This document shows positions 33,067-43,596 of a stretch of 64,000 nucleotides of DNA, piece after piece. A program made the translations under genes and the position numbers. The stretch is from Candidatus Bathyarchaeia archaeon. GTDB taxonomy: Archaea; Thermoproteota; Bathyarchaeia; Bathyarchaeales; Bathycorpusculaceae. How positions within the stretch are numbered: position 1 is the first letter of the stretch; each line of letters starts with the position of its first letter. The DNA is taken from NCBI GenBank assembly GCA_038883855.1, contig JAVZLH010000003.1:40210-104209 (forward strand). Reading direction: 5' to 3'. Under the pieces are notes generated by a model that worked only from the letters and a program-made list of their open reading frames with translations, was not told the origin of the DNA and ran no database searches.

Positions 33067-34152
33067 ATGAGTTTGCCTCGAAAATTTACATATTCTCGTG
33101 CTGGCGTTGACAGAAAACTGAGGAGGGAGTCGAAGAGGGCGTTGACAGTTTTGGAGAAAACCTACGGGTTTAGCTGTTATGGTGATGTGGTTCGGCTTCC
33201 CTACGGGAACATTTTCCCTTTTAGAGAAAACTGTTACCTAGACCTTGTTATTGAGGGGGTTGGCACAAAGGTTCTTTTGGCACAGTTAGCGGACAAATAT
33301 GACACCATCGGAATTGACGGGGTTGCTATGGCTGTTAATGATGTCATCCGTTCGGGCGCCCGACCATTAGCCGTTGCAGACAACATTCATGCCCAAGTTT
33401 CTGATCCCGTTTTGGTTCACGAGTGGATGAAGGGTATATTGAAAGGCGCTGAAGAAGCGAACTGTGTTGTGCCAAGCGGCGAAATAGGCGACGTGGGAGA
33501 TTTGATAAAAGGGTTGGCTGAGGGTAAGGGTTTTGACATGGTTTTTGCGGCGATAGGTGAAGTTGAAAGGGATAAGGTTATTTTTGGAAAGGATTTAAGG
33601 GCTGGCGATGTTGTTATAGGCTTGCGGAGTTCTGGAATCCACAGCAACGGGATTTCTCTTGCACGGAAAATTTTATTCAAGCATTGGGGTGGAAAATACG
33701 AGCCTTTCGACATTCCAGGAGGCTTTTACAGAGAGATAGTTTATGAGGTTTTGGAGCCAACTAGGATTTACGTTAAGCCGCTGTTAAAAGTAGCTGATGA
33801 GGTTAAGGTGAAAGCCGCAGTGCACATTACTGGCGATGCATACTTAAAGTTTGACCGTTTAATGGCGTTTTCGAAAGGTGTGGGTTTTGAGTTTGACAAT
33901 TTTAAGCCTCAGCCAATCTTTGAGTTAATCCAGAAAACTGCCTCGGAGCTTGGCGGAGTTTTAACCGATGAGGAGATGTTTAAGACTTTTAACATGGGTT
34001 GGGGTTTCGCAGTAGTTGTGGATAAAGAAAGCACGGATAGGGCTATGGATGTTTTGGATGGGGCTGGAGTGCACGCAGAGCAGATAGGGCTTGTGAATGA
34101 TTCTGGGAAAATAACAATTCGTTATAAGGGCAGACGATTCATTTTGAGTTAG
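33067..34152 (+). CDS. purM: phosphoribosylformylglycinamidine cyclo-ligase (AIR synthase)
   Basis: Y..AGVD, EGVGTK, GID.VAM.VND, SSGIHSNG.SLAR, HITG, EM..TFNMG.G. Confidence 0.92.
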   Translation: MSLPRKFTYSRAGVDRKLRRESKRALTVLEKTYGFSCYGDVVRLPYGNIFPFRENCYLDLVIEGVGTKVLLAQLADKYDTIGIDGVAMAVNDVIRSGARPLAVADNIHAQVSDPVLVHEWMKGILKGAEEANCVVPSGEIGDVGDLIKGLAEGKGFDMVFAAIGEVERDKVIFGKDLRAGDVVIGLRSSGIHSNGISLARKILFKHWGGKYEPFDIPGGFYREIVYEVLEPTRIYVKPLLKVADEVKVKAAVHITGDAYLKFDRLMAFSKGVGFEFDNFKPQPIFELIQKTASELGGVLTDEEMFKTFNMGWGFAVVVDKESTDRAMDVLDGAGVHAEQIGLVNDSGKITIRYKGRRFILS

Positions 34153-34212
34153 TGACTGTTTGCATCGTTAATGATGAAAGCGTTTAAATTTCCTAGAAAT
34201 CAAACTTAGCCT

Positions 34213-34464
34213 ATGAAATACCGTTTAAGAATAGAAGTGAGTCTAAAATCTGGGCACATCGACCCAGAAGGCGAAACTACAGCGCGCTTGCTGAAAGAGC
34301 TTGGTTACCACGTTAACGGTGTTAATGTGGGTAAGGTTTACACTGTTGTTCTTGAAGCTGGTTCCCGTGAGGAGGCTGATGTTAAGGCTGAGGAGATGTG
34401 CAGGAGGCTTTTGGCGAATCCAACTAAGGATAATTACAGGTTTACGATTGAGGAAGTGAAATGA
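34213..34464 (+). CDS. purS: FGAM synthase subunit PurS
   Basis: LK.G..DPEG, MC.RLLANP. Confidence 0.93.
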   Translation: MKYRLRIEVSLKSGHIDPEGETTARLLKELGYHVNGVNVGKVYTVVLEAGSREEADVKAEEMCRRLLANPTKDNYRFTIEEVK

Positions 34465-36836
34465 GCCTCTACATTCGAAGGAAAACTCCTTTCCCACTCT
34501 TCGAAATAAATTTGGCTGACGCTTCTGACGAGCAACTGCTAGAGATAAGCAAGGAGTTGGGAATAGGCTTAAACTTGCATGAAATGAAAGCTGTCCAAGA
34601 ATATTTCCGAAAGCAAGGGCGAAATCCGACGGATGTGGAGCTTCAAACCATTGGACAGACGTGGTCTGAGCATTGTTTTCACAAAACTTTTAAAGGCAAA
34701 ATAATGATGGATGGTAAGGAAATTGACGGCCTCCTCAAAACCTACATTATGAAGGCGACAGAGAAAATTAAGCCAAAATGGTGTTTCTCTGTTTTCGAGG
34801 ATAATGCGGGGATAATTCGTTTCGAAAGGGATTATGGAATAGCGGTTAAAGTTGAAACCCATAATCACCCATCTGCAATTGAACCGTTTGGAGGCGCTGC
34901 CACAGGCGTTGGCGGCGTTATACGCGACATCCTTGGGGTTTGGGCAGACCCCATCGCGTGCACTGACGTTTTGGGTTTCGGACCGTTGGATTTTGATTAT
35001 GAGAAACTGCCGTTTGGTGTTAAGCATCCGAAATATGTGTATATGGGTGTAGTGGCGGGTATAGGAAGTTATGGCAATAACATGGGAATCCCAACAGTGA
35101 ACGGCGCCATATACTTTGACGAGAGCTACACGGGGAATGTTGTTGTCTACTGCGGGTGTATCGGCATATTGCCACTAAAAAAATTCAAGAAAAACGCCAA
35201 GCCAAACAACGTGATAGTTTTGGCTGGCGGAAAAACTGGGCGCGACGGCATTCACGGCGTGACCTTCGCTTCAGCGGAGCTAACTGAGAAATCGGAGGAA
35301 GTTTCAAGACCAGCGGTTCAAATTGCGAACCCCATCGAAGAGGAGAAGCTGAAAAGGGCAATAATCAAAGTTCGAGACCTCGAACTTGCCTCTGCAATAA
35401 CCGATTTGGGTGGAGGCGGACTTTCATCTGCTGTTGGCGAAACTGCTAAGAAGTTTGGCTGTGGAGCTGTTGTTTGGCTTGAAAAAGTTCCTTTAAAGTA
35501 TGCTGGTTTGGCGCCTTGGGAAATTTACGTTTCCGAATCCCAAGAAAGAATGCTCCTTATAGTGCCCAGTGAAAATCTTGAAAAAGTTTTGGAAATCTTC
35601 AACGAAGAGGATGTGGAAGCCACAGCCATAGGAAAGTTCACCGCTGACAAGGTTTTGAGAATCTTTTACTGTGATGAAAAGGTTGCTGAGGTTGACATCC
35701 CATTCCTTTTTGAACCGCCAAAAGCCATTAGAAAAGCAGAGTATAAACCCTCAAGTTTCGAAGAGCCAAATTTCCCAATTCCAGAAAACCTAACTGAGAC
35801 ACTCATGCAGATTTTGGCTTCGCCGAACATTGCAAGCAAAGAAAGCGTGGTGCGCACCTACGACCATGAAGTGAAGGGAAACACCGTGCTTAAACCTCTA
35901 CACGGAGAACATGGAGGTCCAAACGATGCAGCAATCATAAAACCGCTTAACGATTCTTGGAGGGGCTTGGTTATTTCATGTGGAATGAAACCGCGTTACG
36001 GCAAAATTGACACTTATTGGATGGCGGCTTCCGCCCTAGACGAGGCGATAAGGAATAATGTTGCTGTCGGCGGAAGAAGAATAGCTTTACTGGACAACTT
36101 CACCTGGGGCAACCCTGAAAAGCCCGAAAGGCTTGGAAGCCTCGTTAGGGCTTGCGAAGCGTGTTATGATTTTGCAACAGCTTTTGGCACGCCGTTCATC
36201 TCGGGAAAGGACAGCCTATACAACGAGTCTCCGCTGGGTCCTGTGACGCCTACGCTTTTGATTACGGCTGTTGGGATAATTCCAGATGTTCGCTTGGCGG
36301 TTTCTGTTGATGTGAAAGAACCCAACGACTTAATATACGTTGTTGGCGAAACTTTCAAGGAGCTCGGCGGCTCTGAATATTATAGGCTGAAGGGTTTTAT
36401 AGGAAAAAATGTGCCTAAAGTTCGCCCCAAAAAAGCGAAGAAAACCTTCAAGGCAATTACTAAAGCCATCGACTTGGGGCTTGTTAAGGCATGTCACGAC
36501 TTGTCTGAGGGGGGATTGGCGGTGGCTGCGGCGGAAATGGCTTGTGCTGGCGGCTACGGTTTAGAGCTGGATTTGCGAAAAGTGCCGGGTGAAGCCTTAA
36601 ACCGTGATGATTTCATCTTGTTTTCTGAGTCGAACAGTCGTTTTCTTGTTGAAGTTTCACCTAAAGCCGAGAAGGAATTTGAGGCTTTGATGAGGGGAAA
36701 AGCTTACGCTAACATAGGGAAAGTCACTGAGGAAACGCGGTTGCGGATTAAGGGTTTGAAAGGAAAAATTGTTGTTGACGCTTCAATTGATGGTTTGCTG
36801 GCAAGTTGGAAAAGAACGTTAAGCGGCGGGGTTTAG
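34461..36836 (+). CDS. purL: FGAM synthase subunit PurL
   Basis: WSEHC.HK, KVETHNHPS, GAATGVGGVIRD, TGRDG, SESQERM, SGKDSLYN. Confidence 0.97.
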   Translation: MSLYIRRKTPFPLFEINLADASDEQLLEISKELGIGLNLHEMKAVQEYFRKQGRNPTDVELQTIGQTWSEHCFHKTFKGKIMMDGKEIDGLLKTYIMKATEKIKPKWCFSVFEDNAGIIRFERDYGIAVKVETHNHPSAIEPFGGAATGVGGVIRDILGVWADPIACTDVLGFGPLDFDYEKLPFGVKHPKYVYMGVVAGIGSYGNNMGIPTVNGAIYFDESYTGNVVVYCGCIGILPLKKFKKNAKPNNVIVLAGGKTGRDGIHGVTFASAELTEKSEEVSRPAVQIANPIEEEKLKRAIIKVRDLELASAITDLGGGGLSSAVGETAKKFGCGAVVWLEKVPLKYAGLAPWEIYVSESQERMLLIVPSENLEKVLEIFNEEDVEATAIGKFTADKVLRIFYCDEKVAEVDIPFLFEPPKAIRKAEYKPSSFEEPNFPIPENLTETLMQILASPNIASKESVVRTYDHEVKGNTVLKPLHGEHGGPNDAAIIKPLNDSWRGLVISCGMKPRYGKIDTYWMAASALDEAIRNNVAVGGRRIALLDNFTWGNPEKPERLGSLVRACEACYDFATAFGTPFISGKDSLYNESPLGPVTPTLLITAVGIIPDVRLAVSVDVKEPNDLIYVVGETFKELGGSEYYRLKGFIGKNVPKVRPKKAKKTFKAITKAIDLGLVKACHDLSEGGLAVAAAEMACAGGYGLELDLRKVPGEALNRDDFILFSESNSRFLVEVSPKAEKEFEALMRGKAYANIGKVTEETRLRIKGLKGKIVVDASIDGLLASWKRTLSGGV

Positions 36837-36838
36837 CT

Positions 36839-37657
36839 TTGAAAACCGAAGACGTCAAAATCTGCATTTTACGCGTAGGCGGAACAAACTGCGATGCAGA
36901 AACCAAACGCGCATGTGAAGAACTCGGTGTTCAAGCCCGCATAGTGCATGTAAACGAACTGTTCAAGAAAAAGAACTTGCTGGAATACAACGCCTTAATT
37001 TTTCCAGGCGGCTTTTCATATGGAGATTATGTGCGGGCTGGCGCCATATGGGCTAAGTGGATTATGGCAAAGTTGGAGAAGGAACTGAAAGCTTTTGTAG
37101 AAGAAAACCGCCCCATCCTCGGAATTTGCAACGGCTTTCAAGTTCTTGTCGAAGCTGGTTTGCTTCCAGGTTTTGAGGGAATAAGCCCCTATCCAGAGGC
37201 TGCTTTAGCAACGAATGTTCCACCGGGCTACAATTGCCGCTGGATTTACCTCAAAAACGAAAACAATGGAAAGTGTATTTTTACACGAAAAATTTCAGGT
37301 GGCAAGGTTCTTCGCATGGCAGTTGCCCATTCAGAGGGGCGTTTCATCTTCGCAAAGGAGAAGGAAAAACAGTTTTTGGAAAGGCTTTACGAGAACGACC
37401 AGCTTGTCTTCCGCTACTGCACGAAAAATGGCGAATATGCGGAAGGCAGTTACCCAGCAAACCCGAACGGTTCATTCCACGACATTGCTGGAATATGCAA
37501 TCCAGAAGGAACAGTTTTTGGTTTGATGCCCCATCCAGAAAGAGCGTTTTACTGGTGGCAGCAGCCAGACTGGACTAGGTATAGGCAGTTGCCGCAGTAT
37601 GGCGATGGAAAACTAATATTCGAAAGCTTAGTTGAACACTTAACCAAGAAATTTTAA
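36839..37657 (+). CDS. purQ: FGAM synthase glutaminase subunit PurQ
   Basis: GTNCD, PGGFSYGD, LGICNGFQ, NPNGS, MPHPER. Likely TTG start at 36839. Confidence 0.96.
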   Translation: MKTEDVKICILRVGGTNCDAETKRACEELGVQARIVHVNELFKKKNLLEYNALIFPGGFSYGDYVRAGAIWAKWIMAKLEKELKAFVEENRPILGICNGFQVLVEAGLLPGFEGISPYPEAALATNVPPGYNCRWIYLKNENNGKCIFTRKISGGKVLRMAVAHSEGRFIFAKEKEKQFLERLYENDQLVFRYCTKNGEYAEGSYPANPNGSFHDIAGICNPEGTVFGLMPHPERAFYWWQQPDWTRYRQLPQYGDGKLIFESLVEHLTKKF

Positions 37658-38554
37658 ATCCTTAAGCCGTGGAAGCCCAGGTCTAGCACCCATCTTCATT
37701 ATGCAACGGGAAGCCACAAAATTGCCCAACCGCCCACACTCGTAAAGGTTTTTGCCCTTAATCAAACCGTAAAGGAAACCAGCACAGAAGGCGTCCCCAG
37801 CACCAGTCGTGTCAACAACCTTAACCTTGAAGGCATCTATCAAATGATTTTCTCGCCCATCAGCCACATAGCAGCCTCTGCTTCCAAGTTTAACAGCAAC
37901 TATCCCTATACCTTTCTCCAGTAGGATTTTTGCGCCTTCCCGATAATCGGAAACGCTAGTTAGCAATTTGAGCTCGTTCTGGTTTGGCATCAAAACAAAA
38001 GTGCGCCTCATTATGGATTCAAGTGCATCAAAACCTTTTCTCGCGTAAAGCTCACCCGGGTCTAAGCTGACTTTAACATTTTCTGGGAGTGTGTCAACAA
38101 GCTTTTTCTGGGTTTGGAAAGATTTTTCTCCAACAAAGGATGTTAGGTGCAAAAATTTTGTGTTAAAGGCGTATTCCTTGTTTATTTCTTCAAATTCTAT
38201 TGTGTCATTCACGCCAGGGTCAACGTATAAGGCTCTTTCGCCCTTATCGTCCACGAAGCCCATGACTTTTCCGCTTCTGCCTCTTTTCGCGATAATTATT
38301 CCATCCGTGTCGACGCCTTCTCGGCGAAAATCTTGGATCAACATTCTGCCTTCACTGTCTTTGGCAACCTTCCCCATGAAGCCAACTTTGCAGCCTAGCC
38401 TTGCTAAACCCACTATTGTGTTGGCTGCTGAGCCGCCGCATGCCTCTTTAAAATCTTTTATGAAGCCTTCTTCTTCGGCTCCAGCTATCTTATTAACCCT
38501 AAAAAGTTTGTCAACGTTTAATGCTCCAAAACCAACAACATCAAAGCTTTTCAT
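37640..38554 (-). CDS. PfkB family carbohydrate/nucleoside kinase (EhaT-like)
   Basis: [30 protein letters not shown]. Confidence 0.9.
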   Translation of the reverse strand: MKSFDVVGFGALNVDKLFRVNKIAGAEEEGFIKDFKEACGGSAANTIVGLARLGCKVGFMGKVAKDSEGRMLIQDFRREGVDTDGIIIAKRGRSGKVMGFVDDKGERALYVDPGVNDTIEFEEINKEYAFNTKFLHLTSFVGEKSFQTQKKLVDTLPENVKVSLDPGELYARKGFDALESIMRRTFVLMPNQNELKLLTSVSDYREGAKILLEKGIGIVAVKLGSRGCYVADGRENHLIDAFKVKVVDTTGAGDAFCAGFLYGLIKGKNLYECGRLGNFVASRCIMKMGARPGLPRLKDLKFLG

Positions 38555-39462
38555 TTAAACAACTCACGCAAATAAATTTTGTATTCGCCGAGTTTTCCGC
38601 CGTAGTTTCCAGCTGAAATTTTAACCACACCTTCAACAGTTAACGCTGCTTCTATGCCAGCCCTCATAGCCTTTTTCACAGCATCCAACGAAACGCCGTT
38701 TATCACTATTTCGGGGATGAAGCCGACGCCTTCAGGAACCTTGGATTCTCTGCCAAGCTTCTTTTTCAGCGATGGGCAGTATGGGTGGTTTGTCGTCGGT
38801 CCTATCCACGGATAGCGTGTTTCAGGCTTGGAGCCAGCGGAGCAAATGTCGAAGGGTGTTGTAACGCCTTCAACTTCATGTATTGCTTTTAGAGCTTTTT
38901 CACCCGCCTCTCTTAGGGCTTCTTTATCTTTGCACATTATCCAGAAGTTTGCGCCCATGACACCGCGGGCATAGCCTAAATAGCGTTCAATTATGAAGTC
39001 TGGAACCATTATGGGAACAACTATTACTTTGCGTCCATGCCGTTTTTCTGTCCATTCGTAGCCGTCTCCGCAATGCCCCACCCGTTCCATCATGTCAATT
39101 TTTCCTTCAGCTTTCGGCAACGCGTCATAAACTGCGGTGAAGGGCTTTACTAAAATGTCTTGGCGTATTCTGTAGGAAAGCTCGATTTCAAACTTTTTAA
39201 GAGAGTCAGAGAAGCCTTTCTTCTTGTCTATTCCGCCCCAGAACTGGATTAAGGCGCCTTTGCGCTTGTCAGGTGTTTCTCTTGCAGTTAGCCATTTTTC
39301 GATTCCGCCTTCCACTCTTCCAATAACTATGGAAGGGGTTGCTGTGGCGTCTTCAGCTGCTTTCCTCAAAGTTTCTTCGTCGTCTGCCGTTATAATTACG
39401 TGGCAGTAGATTCCTTCAAAAGCTTCTGCATAAGTGTCCTCTATGAGGATTTCTTTAACCAT
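38551..39462 (-). CDS. formylmethanofuran:H4MPT formyltransferase-like protein (divergent Ftr/EhaS paralog)
   Basis: [28 protein letters not shown]...V..AM.AGI and [11 protein letters not shown] are Ftr hallmarks, but the central segments differ from canonical Ftr. Confidence 0.88.
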   Translation of the reverse strand: MVKEILIEDTYAEAFEGIYCHVIITADDEETLRKAAEDATATPSIVIGRVEGGIEKWLTARETPDKRKGALIQFWGGIDKKKGFSDSLKKFEIELSYRIRQDILVKPFTAVYDALPKAEGKIDMMERVGHCGDGYEWTEKRHGRKVIVVPIMVPDFIIERYLGYARGVMGANFWIMCKDKEALREAGEKALKAIHEVEGVTTPFDICSAGSKPETRYPWIGPTTNHPYCPSLKKKLGRESKVPEGVGFIPEIVINGVSLDAVKKAMRAGIEAALTVEGVVKISAGNYGGKLGEYKIYLRELFK

Positions 39463-40544
39463 TACCCAAGTCTCCCAATGGCTTCTCCTCTCACTTTTTT
39501 CCTGAATTCCGTGCTTTCTTTCGCCAGAACATCCATATTTTCGCTGGTTACTATTTTAACTTTGGGCAGTTTTTGCGGGTATAACTGGAGCAGTTTCTCG
39601 CGCAAGTTCGGGTTTACTGGACTTTTAGCCAGTGTTTCGCGGCTCCAATTTTCAACCAGCTCGAAGACTTGGTTTTTTCCAAACTTGCAGAAGATGTCTG
39701 CAACTGCTGCTGTGGTTAGGCTGGTTTCTGATAGGATGGCAATGTCAGCGTTTTTTACGGCGTATTGGTTGCCGTTGAAGGAAACCGTTAAACCGCCCCC
39801 GCCTTTAACAAGTTGGAAGGCTTCAACGTCTGTTATGCTGTCGCCTACATACATGACGTCGGAAAGCTCTATGTTGACTTTCTGCGCTGCATCCTTTACC
39901 GCTTCAGCCTTTTCAAAACCGCCTATAGGGTTAACTTCCTCTAAAATTTTCCTTGAAGCCATCACCGCCATTTCTTTCCAGAAAATCTCATCTAAACGCC
40001 TAATTGTTTCGCGGTCTCTTTTCGCAAAGTCTTCTATGGACTTTGCTCCATTTGGGATTTCAATGACGGGCATTTGCGCAATTTCCAGCGCCATCTTTCT
40101 GAGTTCAATTATTTCTTTTTCTGGCAGCACATACTTGTCGATGTTGACTTTTGTGCAGTAAGTGTTTTCGTATGGGAAGCCTATGGTTTGGCAAAGCGCC
40201 CTAATATAATGCTCGTAACTTGTGCTCACAATAAAGGCGTGGGCTACGCCCCGCAAATAATCTAGCGTTTCCTTAGTGTTTGCTATTAGAACTAGGCTTT
40301 TTGCAGAAAACTCCCGCATTTTCTCGTTTGAAACATCATAAGCCTTGAGAAAGGGAAGGATAAGCCTTAAAGTGTCTCCAGCCTTGTAACGCGATCTCTT
40401 AAAGACGTCTGCAAGAACATCATCGTATTTGCTGATTACCGTAAAGAGTTTGTCGCCGTTTGGAACAAAGTGGGCTGTCAGCTCGAAAGCATTATCGTTT
40501 TTGGATATTGGACCTTCACAGTCTGATATGAAGGCTTTCTTCAC
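39462..40544 (-). CDS. HAD-superfamily hydrolase, AF1437/EhaR-like
   Basis: Motif [29 protein letters not shown], motif IV GDSITD, SFNGN.YA. Confidence 0.85.
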   Translation of the reverse strand: MKKAFISDCEGPISKNDNAFELTAHFVPNGDKLFTVISKYDDVLADVFKRSRYKAGDTLRLILPFLKAYDVSNEKMREFSAKSLVLIANTKETLDYLRGVAHAFIVSTSYEHYIRALCQTIGFPYENTYCTKVNIDKYVLPEKEIIELRKMALEIAQMPVIEIPNGAKSIEDFAKRDRETIRRLDEIFWKEMAVMASRKILEEVNPIGGFEKAEAVKDAAQKVNIELSDVMYVGDSITDVEAFQLVKGGGGLTVSFNGNQYAVKNADIAILSETSLTTAAVADIFCKFGKNQVFELVENWSRETLAKSPVNPNLREKLLQLYPQKLPKVKIVTSENMDVLAKESTEFRKKVRGEAIGRLG

Positions 40545-41956
40545 TTTTTGCGCCTCAAACTTTCCATGTGCCCCATGCTTTTCGCTATGTGCTGTTTAGA
40601 GGCAATATCCGTCCGGTGCCAAAGAGCCCCGCCCTCTATGGCTTTTACTCCCTCCAACGATATTTGCCTAGCCTCTTCAATGCTGCTGCCAACTCCTAAA
40701 ACGCCGACAGCCCTGGATTTTAGGGCGTAGACTTTGCCATCGCGCAATTCCATGGAAGCAGGGTAGACGCGGATTTTATCACCATACTTTTTGGTTAAAG
40801 CATATGCTTTTGTTAGGTTGACTGGTGTTCCTATTTCGCTTTTATTCACAAGGTTTGGGAAAGCTTCGGCGTATCCGCCATAGTTTGGAGGAACTTTATA
40901 GGTTAAGACCGTTGCCGCCTTCTCTAGTTCAATGCGCGTTAGGTTTCCTTCCAAGATTTTGTAGCAAATATCAACGAAATCGTCTTTCAAAATTGGCAGA
41001 ATATTTATTATTTCAGGGTCTCCAGGACGGCTGTTATTTTCTAAGATTTTTGGCTCTTTGCCCGTATGCATAAAAGCCACGTAGAAGGGGACACCCCTAA
41101 AGCCAGAGGGATCGTTTGCTTTTTCTTTCCATTTTTCAAAAAGCGTATTTACTATTTGCAGTTCCTTTTCCCTATCTGCTTTCGTCATGAAAGGCAAAAA
41201 TTCGTCAACATCTTTGTAGGAGCCCATTCCACCAGTATTCGGTCCTTTGTCATCGTCAAAAGCACGTTTGTAATCCCTAGTTTCCGGTAGTGGAATTAGG
41301 TGTTTGCCGTCGCAGAAGGCTTGGAAACTAGACTCTTCCCCATCTATTTTTTCTTCAATTATAACTGCGCCATATTGGAAGTTTGACAAGAAATGTTCTA
41401 GGAGTTGTTCGCGGCTTGTGAAGTGGTCTCCCCAGACGCCCACACCTTTTCCAGCAGCGGGCTTGTCTGGTTTAACGACTGCCTCGTTTCGAAGTTCATC
41501 AAGCCAACTATAAACAGCTTTTTTCACAGCATCTTCTGTTTTGTAGTCTTTTGGGTCAAATATTTTGAAACGCGGATTAACTTCTGGAATGATTTCTTGA
41601 AAGAGCATTCGCTGCTGAACTTTGCTTGCTTCTATGGCATATTCCTTCTTTGGACAAATCATCGGTATACCAGTTCGCTCTTCCACAAGGTCGCGGACGC
41701 CGTCTATTATTGGCTTTTCCGAACCAACTATGCCGAAGTCCATTTTGTCTTTGTTTGCTTCTGCAAATTTGCAGATTTCTTCAACATTTAAATCTGGTAT
41801 GACAACATGTTTGGCGGCTTTTTCAACGTTGAATGGGTTGCGTTGTTTGTCTGCGATATACAATTCAACCTTGTATTTTTGACTTCTTGCAAACGCGTCT
41901 ACCATGGCGGCTTCTCTCGCCCCATAAGAAACTACGAGTATGCCAACCTTCTCCAT
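40541..41956 (-). CDS. purD: phosphoribosylamine--glycine ligase (GAR synthetase)
   Basis: VVKP....AGKGV, IEEKIDGEE.S, DYKRAFDDDKGPNTGGMGS, RPGDPE, RTDI. Confidence 0.93.
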   Translation of the reverse strand: MEKVGILVVSYGAREAAMVDAFARSQKYKVELYIADKQRNPFNVEKAAKHVVIPDLNVEEICKFAEANKDKMDFGIVGSEKPIIDGVRDLVEERTGIPMICPKKEYAIEASKVQQRMLFQEIIPEVNPRFKIFDPKDYKTEDAVKKAVYSWLDELRNEAVVKPDKPAAGKGVGVWGDHFTSREQLLEHFLSNFQYGAVIIEEKIDGEESSFQAFCDGKHLIPLPETRDYKRAFDDDKGPNTGGMGSYKDVDEFLPFMTKADREKELQIVNTLFEKWKEKANDPSGFRGVPFYVAFMHTGKEPKILENNSRPGDPEIINILPILKDDFVDICYKILEGNLTRIELEKAATVLTYKVPPNYGGYAEAFPNLVNKSEIGTPVNLTKAYALTKKYGDKIRVYPASMELRDGKVYALKSRAVGVLGVGSSIEEARQISLEGVKAIEGGALWHRTDIASKQHIAKSMGHMESLRRKK

Positions 41957-41972
41957 TTAAAGCACCCCTTAG

Positions 41973-43493
41973 TTAGGGAGTTAGGTTTTCGGCAAGCTCC
42001 GCCATCTCGTAAAGCCTCTCAGTTTCTTTGTATCCTGCAAGGAAGCGTTTCTTCATTTCATCCGCTATTTTCTGAGCGAAAGGCGTCGGATACTTGCCAG
42101 TAACGCATCCGAGGCATAATTGGTCTTGTGAAAAGCCCGTTGCCCTAACAAAGCTTTCTATGGACTGGTAACACACCGCATCCGCGCCTATTATTCTCGC
42201 TATTTCCTCAGCATTGTGTTTTGCACCTATTAATTGGCTGTAGGTTGACATATCAATGCCATAGAAGCAGGGACCAATGATCCTTGGGAAAGTGACGAAA
42301 ACATAAACTTTTTTGGCACCCATCCTTCGCAGCTTCTCAACCACAACTTTTGTTGTGTCGCCGCGAACTATACTATCGTCGGTTATTATGACACGTTTTC
42401 CCCTAACTTTTGGCGCTAGAATGTTAACCTTCTTATCTATTGTCGCGTACCGTTCCTTATTGAGGAGGATGAAGGCTCGTTCAGTGACGTAACGGTGTCT
42501 GCGGGAAGCCCTCTCCCACTTTAACCCAGACTCTTCATGAACACCAAAGGCGGAATCATCACCAGTTTCAGGCATAGAAAGTATCATGTCAGCGTCCTTA
42601 ACTATGTCGGGGTTTTCTCTAGCAAGATTCCTTCCAAACCCCTCACGTATTTCATAAACATATCTATCGTCAAATCTTGAGTCTGGCCTGGCGAAATACG
42701 CAAATTCAAAGGCGCAAAAAGCTTTTTGCGCTCCTTTTACAAGCTGTTCCCTTTCAAATCCTTCTTTGGAAACTTTCACAAGCTCGCCCGGTTCAAGTTC
42801 AAAATCCCTTTCTAAACTGTTTATGTCCAGACCCGCGGTTTCTGAAGAAAAGGCGTACGTGGTTCCGTCGGTGCTGTGTCCAGCGCATAAGGGTCTTATT
42901 CCATGCGGGTCTTTGAAGGCGAAGAGTTCTCCTTTATTCGTTATGCCGGCCACAGAGAAGGCTCCATCCATTTCTTGCATACAGTTTTTTACAGCTTTTG
43001 CAATATCTTTGTTTTTTGCCAGTTCGATTAGGAGTTTGCGGCATATTAATTCTGCATCCGATTGGCATGAGTAATCTCTGAAATGCTTGCTTATTTTCTT
43101 TTTCAGTTGAAAGACGTTTACGATGTTGCCGTTGAAGGAGATGGCGAGTTTTAAACCGTTTTTTGAAGCGGTAATGGGCTGTGTGCCTTTTATTAACGAT
43201 TTCTCATCCGACTTTCCAGATGTTGTGTATCTTACGTTTCCCATACCTATAGATCCTGGCAAACGTCCAAACCATTCCTGGATAGAGCTTGTTTTTATTT
43301 TTGGGACGAGGTCCAATCCCTTGTAAACGAAAAATTTTCCCCATTCATATGTGAGGAAACCGTGGGATTGATGTCCCCTGTGATTTTGCGCTCTTAAACC
43401 CCAGTATATATAAGGGAATACGGGCTGATTAGAGAAGTTTATTGCAGCAAATACTCCGCATGCTATTTTTAATTCCTCACCCATACTCGACAA
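41973..43493 (-). CDS. purF: amidophosphoribosyltransferase
   Basis: Propeptide then CGV, HRGHQS.G, RYTTSG, NGN, DPHGIRPL, C.FE..YFARPDS, DDSIVRG.T, PCFYGID. Confidence 0.95.
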   Translation of the reverse strand: MSSMGEELKIACGVFAAINFSNQPVFPYIYWGLRAQNHRGHQSHGFLTYEWGKFFVYKGLDLVPKIKTSSIQEWFGRLPGSIGMGNVRYTTSGKSDEKSLIKGTQPITASKNGLKLAISFNGNIVNVFQLKKKISKHFRDYSCQSDAELICRKLLIELAKNKDIAKAVKNCMQEMDGAFSVAGITNKGELFAFKDPHGIRPLCAGHSTDGTTYAFSSETAGLDINSLERDFELEPGELVKVSKEGFEREQLVKGAQKAFCAFEFAYFARPDSRFDDRYVYEIREGFGRNLARENPDIVKDADMILSMPETGDDSAFGVHEESGLKWERASRRHRYVTERAFILLNKERYATIDKKVNILAPKVRGKRVIITDDSIVRGDTTKVVVEKLRRMGAKKVYVFVTFPRIIGPCFYGIDMSTYSQLIGAKHNAEEIARIIGADAVCYQSIESFVRATGFSQDQLCLGCVTGKYPTPFAQKIADEMKKRFLAGYKETERLYEMAELAENLTP

Positions 43494-43596
43494 TAAGAAG
43501 GCCTGTATTTATCAGTTTTTATAACATTTTTAACTAAAAATGCACTTATCCTAAAGTTAATTGAAAAGCATGTTTAACAAGGCATTTTCCGTCTGC

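Noticed and set aside
38551-39462. Canonical methanogenesis/Wood-Ljungdahl ftr
   Set aside because: The central motifs are divergent, no fwd/mch/mtd genes are adjacent, and it is coupled to purD, so the symbol was withheld.
39400-40161. 253-aa antisense ORF and the many similar shadow ORFs across the window
   Set aside because: They are Ser/Phe-rich mirror frames of well-supported genes on the opposite strand.
39462-40544. Subunit R of energy-converting hydrogenase A
   Set aside because: No eha membrane or catalytic genes are in the window and the protein has HAD motifs.
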